Translations under genes and position numbers: made by a program
The notes under the pieces: model-generated
What the model was told of the DNA's origin: nothing
The model's input: the letters and a program-made list of their open reading frames with translations, nothing else
Database searches by the model: none
In this document: positions 1 to 13,285 of the stretch, piece by piece
Layout: each line of letters starts with the position of its first letter
Position numbering within the stretch: position 1 is the first letter of the stretch
NCBI GenBank assembly: GCA_964035575.1
Contig: OZ037834.1
Span: forward strand, 1,860,001 to 1,924,000
Length of the DNA stretch: 64,000 nucleotides
Origin: Rhynchopus sp. YZ270_cl-10
Lineage: Eukaryota
Direction of reading: 5' to 3'

Positions 1-237
1 CCAAGCGTTCCAACATTATTGCGGTACAACCTTTTTACTTTGACGGTATTTATTTTTACACCCCTTTTATTCTTATATGTTATGTACACACCCGTATATT
101 TCAAGCTTTCCCCAACCCCCTGCCGTGGCCGATAAAACAATAATACATTAGTCACCACTTCGTGGTTTGCACTAATGGGGAAAAAAATGTAGTGGACACT
201 GTCTGTCATGACAGTACTGCACTAAACCAACAAGTTA

Positions 238-295
238 TGGTGTTCCGGAAACACCTTTCAAGGACATGTCAATGTAGGCCCCCTCCGGAACACCA
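238..295. mobile_element. Micro-MITE of TGGTG...CACCA family with 5-bp TSD
   Basis: TIR TGGTGTTCCGGA / TCCGGAACACCA, flanked by AGTTA at 233-237 and 296-300. Confidence 0.7.
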
Positions 296-479
296 AGTTA
301 TCAAAAAAAATATTTCTCTTTTTTTTTTTTTTTTTTTTTTGAGTCGTAGAATTTAATGATTTGTTCTTTAAAATGCTTCATCAGGTCTGTTTCCCTTCTC
401 CCCCTTATTTTGTGTGCTCTCTCTTCTTTAACGGAAAAACTACAGTAAAACACCGGTGGGGTAAAAAAAAACTAAGGTC

Positions 480-624
480 TGGTGTGATTCAGGGGGTACG
501 GAGAACCCACGGACAACCCACGGAAGAACCACGGGGGAACGACGGAGACTATATTAAGATTTGCGGAGCACCTTCGGGAGAACCACGGGGGAACCACGGA
601 GAATCCGTTTGGGTGATCGCACCA
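480..624. mobile_element. Probable TGGTG...CACCA family MITE with internal CCACGG subrepeats
   Basis: Ends TGGTGTGAT / ATCGCACCA; several AACCACGG-like repeats inside; TSD is only near-matching (AAGGT offset by one base). Confidence 0.45.
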
Positions 625-894
625 AAGGTGGATTTTTAGGATTTCAAAAAACTGTAGGGATGTTTTTTTTTTTTTTACCCCCACCGATGTTTGTTGTCTT
701 TCTGTACATGAAAATGATGTGTTACAACTGGGTCGACAGTTCCATCTTGTCAAATGGCCTCATATTATGTTTAGATGTCTTGTGCACGAGAGGTTCATTT
801 TCTTGCAAATTATTTTCCACTCTTTTTGCTTCTTTTTTTCAAGATGACAACGCACATGGTGCTTTTGATTATCTTACAATCTTACAATATTTCT

Positions 895-927
<33 letters not shown>

Positions 928-3900
928 AGAATTTCACTGGTACTGACTGTTCGCCCCTGAGCCTCCCTCCTGAAAGCGGGAGAAAAATGCCCTGTTCTCT
1001 GTTCCCACTACCCTGTCAATAACCTGAAATCGTTCTGGGACTCTCCTTCCTCATTTCAATGCGTAAGAGAGAGCGTATATCTAACTAGGTTCTTTCAAGG
1101 TTTATTTGTGTTTGTTTGTTTTTTGTACCGAAGACAGTTTCCAAAATTTTCTTTCGGGAAAAGAAACCTGTGCGTAACAATAACCCTAACCATATTCGTT
1201 CATTTCTTCTTTGTATATTCCCTACCACTCAGGTGGGGATGAGATGTGATCAGAGTTGGGGATCACAATAGATACACCAAAAAAAAAAATTGAGTACCTT
1301 TTTTTGTATTTGAAAGATGGTAACATTTTTTGTAGTGTCCCCTCTTATGCTATCAATTTATTGATTTTCATGTTGAAATACTATTTGTTAAATTGCTTTT
1401 TGGTAATAGTACATATTCATCCCTGAGGTGATCTCCATCCCCTCTTTACGAGTGTATTTCCAGCGCTGATATGACAATTTTTTTTTTTGGCTCCTTTTGT
1501 TCGGTGTATGTGTACAATATGCACATTCATCTCAACCTTTTTTCTTCTTTTCTTAATCATTCTTCGGATACACTGTCACGAGAGGGCTTTGTATTTCAAG
1601 TCAACATTCTTCTTTGTCATAAGTCGCGACGATCCCCTTATTGGTGTGCATCTATCCTTTACAATAGGGTCCTGTACGATAACGATTGTGATCCAGGTAA
1701 CTAAGTACAGTGCGGGGAAAGAGAGCGAGAGCGAGAGGGGGGGGAACATGCAAGGGAAAAGAGAAAGGGTTTTTGTTTCGTCAGACCAGTGTTTTTCTTA
1801 ATGCATTGTTGTTTTTTTTGTTTTCAATGTTCTGTTTTTTTTTTTTTTTTTTTTTGTGCATACCTCGACAGTGACGAGCCTTTTTGGGGGTTTGCTGTCG
1901 CGGCGACGAGTTTTTTTTTAAACCCCTTTTTTTGCTGATGTCCCATCCTTTGGGAATTTTTTTTTTAAATCAGTTTTTTTTTTGTCTTTTTTTGTGGTGG
2001 TAACTTTCTTCTTTTTTCAATTCATGCTATCAATACAAAACAGAGGTTTTTTTTTTGACAAACAAAGTTTTTGACAAAAAAAAAGTTTTTGGAGATCACA
2101 TTCCTTTTGAGGTATGCCTACACTTATCGTAGAATCAAGAGTTAAAAAAAGAAAAATTCTTCCTTCTGTAGAGAGTGAATACAAGCAGCGCACACCACAC
2201 ATCAAAAAAGGTTGTGTAAAAAAGGAGTAAACGTAATATGGCTTGTTTTGTTACGAGCCCCCCCCAAAAATTTTTTTTTGTTTTTTGATGTTGAGCGGCA
2301 ACAAAGCGACCTCGGTGTGGCTATCGACGATTTTGATTCAGTGCCTGCATTCTGGCTGGTTTGTCCGGTCAGGTATTAGCGTTTTTCAAAACTTCTTTTT
2401 TGATCACACCCATCAGCAGTGTTGTCGTGGCTACTGTCAATTAGCTCGTTTTTTAGACACACAATACAAATAGAGCATTCTCGCATGTTTACAATGCGCA
2501 ACAAACGATTCTTTAAAAAAAAGTGACAGTGGAGCTTGCACAGATGGCAACTACACTATTTCCTACAATTTTTCAATGAAGTTCAGTGAAGCAGGGAAGT
2601 TATGTATTGATATCACACACGATAGGTATCCTTTCCCTTTTGGTTTTTGTTTTGTTTTGTATTTTTTTTTTTTTTTTGCCGATTTTCACCCCCCTTCTTT
2701 CTTTTCCCCATTATTTTTCTGTGACATTTTTTTCTTTTCTTTTCCAGAGTTGAAACAGATCAGACGAGTTCAAAAAAAAATAAAACATAGTGGAGTTCAT
2801 CCTCGGGTGTCTACACTAATGCAACCAAGTTTTCAAAAAAAAAACAAAAAATACCTATTCACACACCCCTCACATATTTTGAAAGAAGAAAAAAAGTTAG
2901 ATTGTTTGTTTATTCAGAAAGCTTGTGGACGCCCTATGTTTGTTTAAAAATGCATATTTTTTTCCCCGCTATCAGTGTACGAGAGAGACACATTTTGTCA
3001 AGGTTTTTTGGAGTATATTTTTTGTGTCACGGTCAAAGCGTATTTGTTAACTAAATTCTCTCATGGCACTGTACAAAAATAAAAAAAATCTTACAGTTGC
3101 TGTTTATAGTGCAACTGAGTTACTATTTATAAAAAGCCTCCTTTTTTTTAAAAAAATACTGCATTTTTTGTTCTTCCTCTTAAAACGCGACGAGCAAAAG
3201 GGACGGAAACGTGTACTTTTGTTTCGATTTAATACGTTGAGAGCACAGACAATGGAACATGGCGACCAAAGTTCACAACAAAAAATAATCGCTTTTTCAT
3301 TATTGATTCTTTTTTTTTTTAACAGAAGAAAAAAAAAACAAAACAAAAAGTCGTCCGTTTCTTTCCCTCCCATACACTTTATCTTTCCCCTTCCCTTTCC
3401 CCCCCGCACCCCTCGCTGAGAAAGCAGCTCTCTCTCAGCAGGAACTGAATGAAGAAAAAAAAACGACAACAACAAAATATGTTTGACCATACTCCCCAGT
3501 CCCCCACCATGTGTGGGTACTGAGGCGATTGTCGACAAAAAAAAGGCACAGTGGAGCACACTCTAGGGTGGCTACACTAGTACAACCAAGTTTTCAAAAA
3601 TGCATACAACTCTAGGCTGAGACGTTCTCAGCCAACATGAAGCCCCTTTAGAAGGGGGGGACAAAACATGAGATGTCTCTCACTTTCGCTATGCACCCCT
3701 CAGCAAAAAAGCAACACCAAAAAGAGGAAGTGTACGGTGCCCCCGTTACTGTAAGCAGGATGCCAACCGCCCCCTTTGTCCCAAGCAACAGAGGCATGGA
3801 GAGGCTGGGATGCGGAGGGGGGTAGGTTTTTTTTGCTACAAAGAAATTTAACGGGGTTTGGTGAGTTTATCTTATTACCTTAGATGGATGGGGGAAAAGG

Positions 3901-4222
3901 GCGTTGTATCTCTGTTGATCGCTCTTGAGGGGCATGTGACTTTTCACCATACTACCCTGAAAGTCATTTGTCCTTTTGAAAGAAGGAAAAAAAAAAGCAA
4001 CGTTTAATTTTAGTGTCTTTGCGTCCGCAGCGACGTTTTTTGCACTGTCAACTTTCTTGCATGAGAGGCTGAGGGTCGTCTTAAAAGTACCTTTTCTTTT
4101 TGTGATTTCATCCGGGGCTGGCATCGTGGGTCAGTCGGAGGTGTGCCTGCATAAATAACTTCACTTTTAAGGCGACAAAGTGTCATAGCGTTCATTTCAT
4201 AAATTCTTCATGTTTTTTTTTT

Positions 4223-6455
4223 GAGAAAAGTTCGATTTCGGCCTCGAAAATACCCGTGACACCGATTTGTCACGGTACTTTGTCACGGAATTTTTTTGAA
4301 AGATTCGATTTCGTGACAAAAAAAGTTCGATTTCGTGACAAGCCGATTTTTTCATTGACACACAAAATTCAATTTAGTGACAAATGACTTTTTTCATTGA
4401 CAAAAAAAAATTCGATTTCGTGACAAATCCATTTTTTCATTGACAAAAAAATGTCATTGAAAAAAATGGATTTTGTCAAGGAAAAAGTCGTGACAGCCAA
4501 CCCGCCAGTCACTGAAAAGTGACCAGACAGCCACTTGACAAACACAAAAGAGGCCATTCTTGAGCTGTCTAGAAACCTAAGGGCAGAGACTGAAGACACA
4601 AGGTATGATAACTTTATGATTATGCAAGACTTAGTATATCGCGAACACGGTCAGGCTTGCACGCCTCTGGCCAGAGGCCAGCCCCACTAAATGATATGCA
4701 GCAGACACTCATTGCAGATTTCATTTTCATTCGGTAAAAAATTAATGGGTGCGCAAGTTTCTATACCTAATACCCCAACCCTCACCCATACATTCCATTA
4801 CACACACCAAAACCGATCGAATCCACCAGCGCATGCGACGGAAGCAGATTCAGATTGTGGTTTGATAAGCAGAGTTCGGTTATTATGGTGGTGGAAAGGG
4901 GGGTGGGAACACTTTGTCAGTCACTGCTATAGCCATTAACCAGGGAGCATAGCTAGTGCAAGAAATTCGACTTTGGAAACCTTCCGGAAAGTCTGTCCTC
5001 TGCTTCCGGAGGACTAGACACAAGAAAATATTGTTTGTTCCCCCAGAAAACCAGTGCACAATTCACACTCCTTGTGGGTGGTCTTGTTGCCTTTTCGTCA
5101 TAGTAATTTTGGCCCAGGCATGCTCTCGAAGCATGACAATTTAGTGTGTATGGGGCAGGGTGTTGTTTTGTTCTGAATTCTCTTTGTTATAACATCTAAG
5201 TCAATCGCGGGTGGTGGTTTGTGTAGCGTGAGGCACTCTTTTTAGCAAACTTCCTGCGGCTGCTAAAGTGTTATTTCTTCGGATTTAACAACGTACAGCG
5301 TAACATAGTGGTTTAGCCTGGTCGACACAACCTTTGATAGATACGGGATAACCAACCCCCTTCGACCCCTTGTGGGTTCACTGAACAAGCCCTAGTGGTA
5401 GTTAAACGCGATTGACATTTACATTTCCTAGAGATGAAAGAACAAGATAACACTTCTGTACCCGCGCATCAAAATTGTGGAAAACTTTGCACCCCAAACA
5501 CCCTCAACAACGCCCGCCAAAAGGCGCCCCTTGTTGCTGGGAGTTGGTTCTCATGTTTGATACACTGCACAGCAGGCATTCCTCTGAGTCCAACGCATGT
5601 TTGGCCTGTCTGCGGCGTTGTACTTAAGGTGCACGAAGACAGGGTCTGGTGGTAAATTTTGCGTAGTACTGCGACGTGGTACTACGTGGGTCTGGGAACC
5701 TGGTACCTGGGTACAGGATATTTGTTGTAAAGACATCTTCCACCATGCATTGAGGAGGGTAAGACAGTGTTCGCAGTTTCTACCTGATAGCATTACACAT
5801 TTAACTTCTCCACGGGGGTCTTGGGCCGTTCATTCGGTTATACCTTGACTACCGGAAGATATTCTTGAGGCCTTTTTGGTCTCTAGAATATCCGGTCTTC
5901 CCGAACGGAGGCACACTTTGTGTGTTACTACGACCTGGCAATTTCCAGCAGTAGGTTAAGTAATCTTTCTTGTAAATTGTTGGATCATTATCTCCTCAGT
6001 GCATGCATGCCCCACGTGACTGGACACTTTTGTGTTTGTCATGTGGAGCTGTGGTTGCTCTTTCACGACTTTTATCCTTGTATCCAGTGTACCCAGTACC
6101 CAGTGCCCTGTCACGACTTTTTCCGTGACAAAAAGTTTGGTTTCCTTGACAAAATCCATTTCTGTCACGACTTTTTCCGTGACAAAAAGTTCGGTTTCCT
6201 TGACAAAATCCATTTTTTCATTGACATTTTTTTGTCACTGAATTTTTGGATTTGTCACGAAATCGAATTTTTTTTTGTCAATGAAAAAATCGGTTTGTCA
6301 CGAAATCGAATTTTGTGTGTCAATGAAAAAATTGGTTTGTCACGAAATCGATTTTTTTTTGTCACGAAATCGAATCTTTCAAAAAAATTCCGTGACAAAA
6401 TTCCGTGACAAATCGGTGTCACGGTAATTTTCGAGGCCGAAATCGAACTTTTCTC
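4223..6455. mobile_element. Non-autonomous foldback/Mutator-like DNA transposon
   Basis: Inverted repeats of ~270-340 bp (GAGAAAAGTTCGATTTCGGCCTCGAAAA... / ...TTTTCGAGGCCGAAATCGAACTTTTCTC) built from GTGACAAA/TTTGTCAC subrepeats. Flanked by T10 and T9, compatible with a 9-bp TSD. No intact ORF inside. Confidence 0.8.
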
Positions 6456-6483
6456 TTTTTTTTTACTTCTTTTCCCCTGTCTG

Positions 6484-6570
6484 CCACCTGATTTTTACCC
6501 CGCGTATAGGCACGTAGCAGGACCATATAGGGCCGTATACACACCTATACGCGGAGTAAAAATCAGGTGG
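6484..6570. mobile_element. Palindromic MITE (CCACCTGATTTTTA TIR family)
   Basis: CCACCTGATTTTTACCCCGCGTATAGG ... CCTATACGCGGAGTAAAAATCAGGTGG. Other copies at 21910-22036 and ~55685-55751. Confidence 0.75.
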
Positions 6571-8139
6571 GTCTACACTATTTGCAATGTTTCAAAAAAA
6601 GGAGGGGGGTCTTCGAGTGACTTTACAGAACCCGTCTCCAAAGAAGTGTCGAAACAACAAAATGATGAAAAAGACCCAGCCCAAACAGATCAAAAAACCG
6701 AGTCACTTACTTCGCACAAGGAGTTGCTCCCTTGTGTTCCAATTATACCCGTTTCGTTGACTGACGAGCGGTAGCGGGAGTAGGACATCTCAACGTAGAC
6801 CGCGAAATGGTAGTAAGTTGGGCGGAGGGTGGGCGTGGCGTGGATAAATTCTGTTGCGACACGTGATTTTTCCAAGTTTTCAAAAAAAAAAATGCGACAG
6901 GGCTAGGGAGCAAATAAAAGAAAAAAGAAAAAAGCCAACGTTCAGATTATTTGACAATCGCTATTTCTTTTTGATTAATATCACTTTTGCGTGGTACGGA
7001 AGATACAACCTCTACTGTACTGCGTTTTAACGAATATAGCGCGCTTTTCCCCCCTTTTTTTGAATTTATTTTCTCTCTTTTTTTTTTAAATGTGTTTGCA
7101 TCCTGTTGGGTGTCTGCATGAATCAGTTTTTTTCTTCGCGCGTTAGGTGACTATACAGAGGTTTCGCCTACAGATTTCTATGACGCACATTTGTGTTATC
7201 AGTTTTCTTGTTTTATTTTCACGGTACAACAAGAAATACTGTGGTATATTCATTCCTTTACGCTTTTACGTTTTCTTTTTTTCCTCAACAATGTTATTGT
7301 TTTATTTTTATATTTTTCAGAATTTTTTCTTTGGAAGTGGCTTTCACTCAACACTCGCTTATCAGGGAGGATGTTCTCTAACGGACATGGTCCTGTATGA
7401 AACGCGTTTATTTTTTTTCCCTTCTTTCTTTACATAGCTCCTTTTCAATACAAAAAAAATCGTTCTCTGTTACTCCTTTTCTCCAATTTCGGGTTCTGTT
7501 TATCAGGTGTGACGTAAGCGCAAAGAAAAGCTTCGGTTCATCTCACCAAAATCCTCCTTTATGGTTTGTCTTCGTTATTTGTGGCACAAAAACGCCTCAA
7601 AAACATTCATGTCTTTTCCAAAAAAAAAACCCCCCCCCAAGACATCTGACCTCTGGTGGCCCTTACCACACCACCCTTTTCCCCCCTATTCAATACGTTT
7701 CCTTCACACCCCCCCATTTCTTTAAGCCCCCCCTCCCACTTCCCTGACTCCTCCTGACTAGACTAAGTTAACCTAAGCTACAATTTTTTTTTTCGAGATG
7801 ACCAGGCACAGTACGTCTTACGTTCATCTTTGCTTCTTTTGTTTTCTTTTTTTCTTTTTTTTTCTTTTGGAAGGAAATAATCAAATATCCTACCCTTGAT
7901 CAAAATAAAAGCCCTCTCCCCCCTTCATTTTTTTTTTAATTCCGAAGCTTGCTTTAAAGGAGAAATAGTATTACCGGGTACGGTCGCTAAATCATCCCTC
8001 AAACAGGAGGATTTGTGCAATCAACGAAAACAACTTTACTTACCTACCCCGATCCTACTATTTTTTTTTTTTTTTGTATGCTTTTTCCCCTTCACCATCT
8101 CTCTACAGCACCCACCTTGACCCCCCGATATCTTATATA

Positions 8140-9183
8140 ATGTGCACCCAACGCTATACACAACCAAGCTGTAGTGATGAGGCATCTGAACAATCTGAGC
8201 CATCTGACCCACCTAATGCACACAGGGCTCTTGGTGGTGACGAGACAACACAGCGATGTCCACATGGACGCAGGGCACAGCACGCTCACCACACGCACCG
8301 CATGGAGCTCAGTCCGGAGAAGCATACACACAATGTTTTGAAACATAGGATGGAGTACCCGGTGCCTACTGGGAGTAGGGAGTTCTCTCGTGGAGATCAG
8401 TCGGGGAGAGAGACACAGCGAACTCAACAGACTCAACAGACTCAACCCGGGGCACGACATCGACGTTGCAGTGGTGGTGGTGGTGGTGGTGTTGGCAGCT
8501 CCATTCGCAGCACCTCGCACGCCTCGTCAGGAGGTGTATCCGCAGAGGGTCCCTCACTCACCCTGCGCAACCTTCGTGCACATGACGACAGTCGCGGCAG
8601 CGTCGACCTCAGTGAAGTGCCCCATGTAATCTCCCATCCATCCCGATCTGTCTCCATAACATCACGGTCCATATCTCCGTCGATTTCGCCGTCTCCGGTA
8701 CCAAGGGTATTGGTGGTGGAGCCTGTCCAAAAGGAAGTAAAAGAAACCAAAAAGGAAACCAAGCTCAATCGAACGGAGAGTGGTGTATCGAAACTAAATC
8801 GGACGGAAAGCCAGCTCCTGGATGACGTGAATGCATCGTTCTTTGAGGACTACCTTGCGAGAGGGGGTGACAAAGGGGAGAAGAAGAAGGAGAGCAAGAA
8901 GAAGAAGGTGCGTTCCATAGCGTCGATGAAGGACGAGATTCGGCATCTCTGTAAACAGCTGGGGCAGCGGAGCGGGTACACAGAGTGTTCGTTCGAGGCG
9001 GCAAGACATGAGGGCACGTTCTTCAACCCGGATGAGTCGTTGACGTTTATCTCGCCAACTATCACAGAGTTTCGAAGAAGCGCGCAAAGGGAGGACAGTA
9101 CACAGAACAACCCTTCCGATGAAAGCCTCATCCGATCTGGGTTTGCGAGAATTCTTGAGCAAAATAGTCGATATTCGCATTGA
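8140..9183 (+). CDS. Hypothetical, largely disordered Ser-rich protein
   Basis: Long GC-richer ORF in AT-rich surroundings, first ATG at 8140, preceded by a pyrimidine tract. No recognisable domain. Confidence 0.6.
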   Translation: MCTQRYTQPSCSDEASEQSEPSDPPNAHRALGGDETTQRCPHGRRAQHAHHTHRMELSPEKHTHNVLKHRMEYPVPTGSREFSRGDQSGRETQRTQQTQQTQPGARHRRCSGGGGGGVGSSIRSTSHASSGGVSAEGPSLTLRNLRAHDDSRGSVDLSEVPHVISHPSRSVSITSRSISPSISPSPVPRVLVVEPVQKEVKETKKETKLNRTESGVSKLNRTESQLLDDVNASFFEDYLARGGDKGEKKKESKKKKVRSIASMKDEIRHLCKQLGQRSGYTECSFEAARHEGTFFNPDESLTFISPTITEFRRSAQREDSTQNNPSDESLIRSGFARILEQNSRYSH

Positions 9184-10350
9184 TGGTGTTGCGGAGAGGG
9201 CCTATATTGTCTTTGATAGTTGTTCCGTAACACTAATCGAGTAATAATAAAAACCTCGGGAAGGGAAAGGAAAGGAAGAAGACACTCTTAAGGGATACGG
9301 TGTGCTGTCTGTATCCTCAACGCCTTTTAGTACCATTTTTTGAGCACCGAATCTACGGTGAGGTGATTGTGGATAACAACAGCTATTTGGAGTTTTCAGT
9401 CCAATTTTTCTATATTGGACTGCATGGGTTGGGGGTGCACCCCCCGGTGCACCGGTCATACACCAATGTACAATGTGATGAGAGGGCTTTTGTATTTCAA
9501 GTCAAACTATTTTTCTTTTCAGTATATTTTAGCTACAATGACAACAGCCCCCATTACCCCTCAGTAGGTGACTATAGACACAAACAACTGGAGGCTTTTT
9601 ATGGCCCGCAAAAGGTAGAATTTTTTTTTTTTTGTTTTAAATTTTTACGAATTTTCTCCAGTTTTATACAATTTATGAAATGTCACACCCCCCCCTCACA
9701 AGGGAAGAAGTGTTGTAATAGTAGAAAAAAAAAAGAATGGGGGATTTTCTTTATTTTTTTTCCAGCACGATACCTGAGGGGGCACATTCCTCTTAGAAGG
9801 CTTTCCTTCCTTCTAACCATCCTACATAGGGGTCATTTGTTGATCCCTATACCGGTACTTTCAATGCATGTGAATGTATACGTTGCAATACCCTTCTTCC
9901 TGTCCCTCGTGGAGCTCAAAATCTTTTGCTCTTCTTCTGCATCACAACCTTCGCCGTCCTCGAGTTTCAGCTCTTGCTCTCATGTTTTGATATGTGATAC
10001 ACAAAAAAATTGCCTTCATTTAGGAGCGGTGCACATTTTTGTGAGATATTTCGTTTTCAATCACACAGAAAAAAGCAAAAAAAAAAAAAAAACTAAAGAG
10101 GAAACCATTTTCCAGTCTGATGCGTCGTGTGGCTGTCCTTTTGGCTGCCTTTGGAAGAGAATCGAAGGTAAGCTGGTACAAGGGGGGTACACTTTCCCCC
10201 ATCACACCCCCCCACCCCATCCACAACAATACCTATGACAGTCTTTGCCTCCCCTCCTCCCTTCCCTTCCACCTTCTTTTTATATATTTGTCCGTCGCAC
10301 ATTTTGCACAACAAAGGGACACAAAACTACACTAAAAAAAGAAAAAAAAA

Positions 10351-11352
10351 ATGGTATTGTGTTCCCACCCCCTATTTGTAGTGCTTTTAATGTCCAATAA
10401 TAAACTTCATTTTTCTTTGATTGTTAGGTGACCAAGCAAATGAGAGGCTGAGGAGTATCTTTACCAAACTTTTCTGGTTGTTTTTTTTTTTTTTTTTGTA
10501 AGAACGCATGCATGCGAGGCACCACCCCCTCCTTTTTGCACTCAGGAATTACCCACAACTCAAAAAAATGTTTTTCGTTATAAAAAAAACACAAACTCAC
10601 CCACCCCCCTCAGCAGGGAAACTGCGCATCAGAGCCGGGCAAGCACTACGTCCTGAAGACGAGCATCAGAGGGCCCCACCCGGAATGCCTTGAGGTATAT
10701 TTTCAGCACCCGACCTTTTCCATCTCCACCCCCCTCTTTCCCTTCACAGACAGCGTACTTCGCGACGGGCTGCTTCTGGGGTGCGGAGGAGGTGATGTGG
10801 AAGACAAAGGGCGTGCACACCACTGCCGTCGGATACCAGGGCGGGGCGAAGGAGAACCCGACCTACAACGACATCTGCTCGGGGTCATCTGGTCATGCTG
10901 AGTCTGTGAAGGTTGTGTTCAACCCTGCTACAGTCGCGTACGTTGACCTGCTGAAGGTGTTCTGGCAGTCGCACGACCCCACGCAGGGGAACAGACAGGG
11001 TAACGACCGTGGAACGCAGTACAGGAGTGCAGTGTTCTGCACGACACCAGAACAGATGGAGATTGCGGCCGCAAGCAGGACTGCCTACCAGACGGAGCTG
11101 GAGCGGGAAAGCTATGGACCCATTACCACAGAGATTTCACGCAATAAAACGTTCTGGTACGCAGAAGACAACCACCAGCAGTACCTCGCACGGCCGCTCA
11201 GCAGGCAGTACTGCTCCGCGCAGCCCACAGGGATTGCGCTCCCGCCGGCAGAAAACTGGCTCCCAAGCCACCTCAAGGCAGTCTATGGGAGCAGGCTCCG
11301 TCCCTCAGAGGTGCCTGCGTCGCGCTGTGCTGAGGGGAAGTGCTCCATTTGA
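10351..11352 (+). CDS. msrA: Peptide methionine sulfoxide reductase A; exons 10351-10353, 10617-10694, 10750-11352
   Basis: GCFWGAE active site, GYQGG, GHAE, QGNDRGTQYRS and AEDNHQQYL motifs. The spliced N-terminus MGNCASEPGKHYVLKTSIRGPHPECLE matches the MsrA lead-in. GT..AG introns keep the frame. Confidence 0.92.
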
Positions 11353-12603
11353 GGGAAGGGGGAAGAGGAGGGGGAGGTGCAATTATGTTGTGTGAGGGAT
11401 TCACAGAAACCAGTTTCTTCCCGGTGAGGCGGTTCGTTTTATGTGGGGGTGTTACCAATGTCTACAGGGAGAGGGTGGTCACACCTCTAAATGTTTTCTT
11501 GGGGGCCTATCTTTGAGAATCTGGGGGTGGGACAACAGAACCTTTGCGCTTTTTTAAGTGTGTCAATGTGTGTTATTGTGGAAAGTAAAAGAAAAAAAGC
11601 TAGTAGCGCGGTTGCGAAAACTGCCGGTAGTCAGCGCTACGCCCTACATAGTAGGCTGCAGAGAGAGAGAGAAATGAGAACAAAAGAATGTAGTCCAAAA
11701 ATGGTAAAAACGGTAAAAACGGTAGGATTTTTGAGGGTCTAGGGTCACAAAAAATGTGCCTCATAGAGTCAAAAAAAACTAATTCCTAGCTAAAGCCCTG
11801 CTAATACGGCTTAAAAGAAAATGGGGCATTGGCGTGGCTGAAGGGGGGGGGTGATTCGTACTTATTGCATAATTGTTGCGCACTTCTTGCACATCCCATT
11901 CAGCTACATCAGCCATACACTAGCGTTTCCTTCTTGTCTTCTCATCCCTACCCTTCACGCAACCGATGATTAATTTATGATAGCCAAGATTGTCTGAATA
12001 AGACACACCGAATCGAACAAAGTTGATCCAAAAAAAACACACACAATTCAAGGTTGCGCGCCTGGACAGGGGTTGCAATCACCATTCTCTCAATACCGTT
12101 TTTCTTGAAGATTACTCAGCACTTCTGAGGTTTAGTTTCATCTTATCCCACTCTCTGATTGTTGATCTAGGTGGCTTTTCATGAGGCTGGAGGTTCATCT
12201 TATAAGCATTTACCTATTTTTTTTTTGTGCAACACTCCGGGGGAATACGATAACCCTGCGGATTGACAATGCCTGCGTCACTCAGAGGCGTTTTTTTTTT
12301 TTTTTTTGCACTATATCAACTTCACCTTTTAATGTAGTGTTAGTTTAGTGGTACCTCCTGTTGCTTCGTGTGTGCTGTCCACCCCTTTCCTCCTGCGTTG
12401 AGTGGCTGCGATCTAGCTTTGCGGGACAACGTTGGGTAGTGTGGGGGCTAATGGGCAGTATTATGACCAGAGGAGATGTCTAAGGGTAGACTCAGCGCAG
12501 CTTCTCATGCCTATTTCTTGCCGTTTATTGACTTCAATTTACTTTTTTTTGTTGGTTTTCTACTCGGTGCATGCCCTAAGCGAGGTGCACCCTTCTTTTC
12601 ATA

Positions 12604-12727
12604 CACGGTGGCCAGTATGAGCGGGGGGAGAGCCTCAAAAAATTTGACGTTTTTTTTTTGGGATAGCAATTCTCAATATTTTTTTGTCCACTTTTGATGC
12701 TCTCTCACATCAAAACTGGCCACCGTG
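12604..12727. mobile_element. Tc1/mariner-like MITE
   Basis: TA|CACGGTGGCCAGT ... ACTGGCCACCGTG|TA, i.e. a 13-bp TIR with TA target duplication. Confidence 0.7.
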
Positions 12728-13285
12728 TACATTTTCTTTTAGGTACACTGTCACAATGAAAGCTTTGTACTTCAAAAATCCTATTTTTTTTCTTAGCGTC
12801 TTACGTCTCAGAGGCGTTTGCAATACCAACCCCCTGTTTTAGGTGACTAAGGCAACGAGAGGCTTAGGGTCATCTTATAATTTTTTTCTTTGTTTCCCTG
12901 CCCGAAAAGGAGACAAAAGGCCATTTTTTTCTTATTGTTTCCTCTCCTTTTTTCTCGAGTAGCAGTGTAGCGGGTTATCGCCTTTTTGTTTGCGGCCCAA
13001 GGCAATGTGTGGTCTCTTCTCAAAAGTGTGTCCCTTTTTGTTATTTTTTTTTTGTGCCAATAAACGAAAGAGGAAGAAGTCAACCGAGGGTTCCATCCCC
13101 ATCTCTGCCAATTCTCTGGTGGGGTGTGCTGTCTGTGGATATCCTCTACTCGTTTCGCTGCGGCAGTTGAGTGTCCATCTTTGGGTGGGTGGTCGTCGAT
13201 ACAAAAAAAAAAAGGTCGCTTTTAAACTCTGCATATCTTTCCCGTTTAACTTCACCTTAGCGGTGCCCACACCACACCACAACAG

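Noticed and set aside
9300..10238. 312-aa ORF
   Set aside because: Low-complexity F/K-rich translation of homopolymer DNA that contains hairpin repeats; no coding-like composition.
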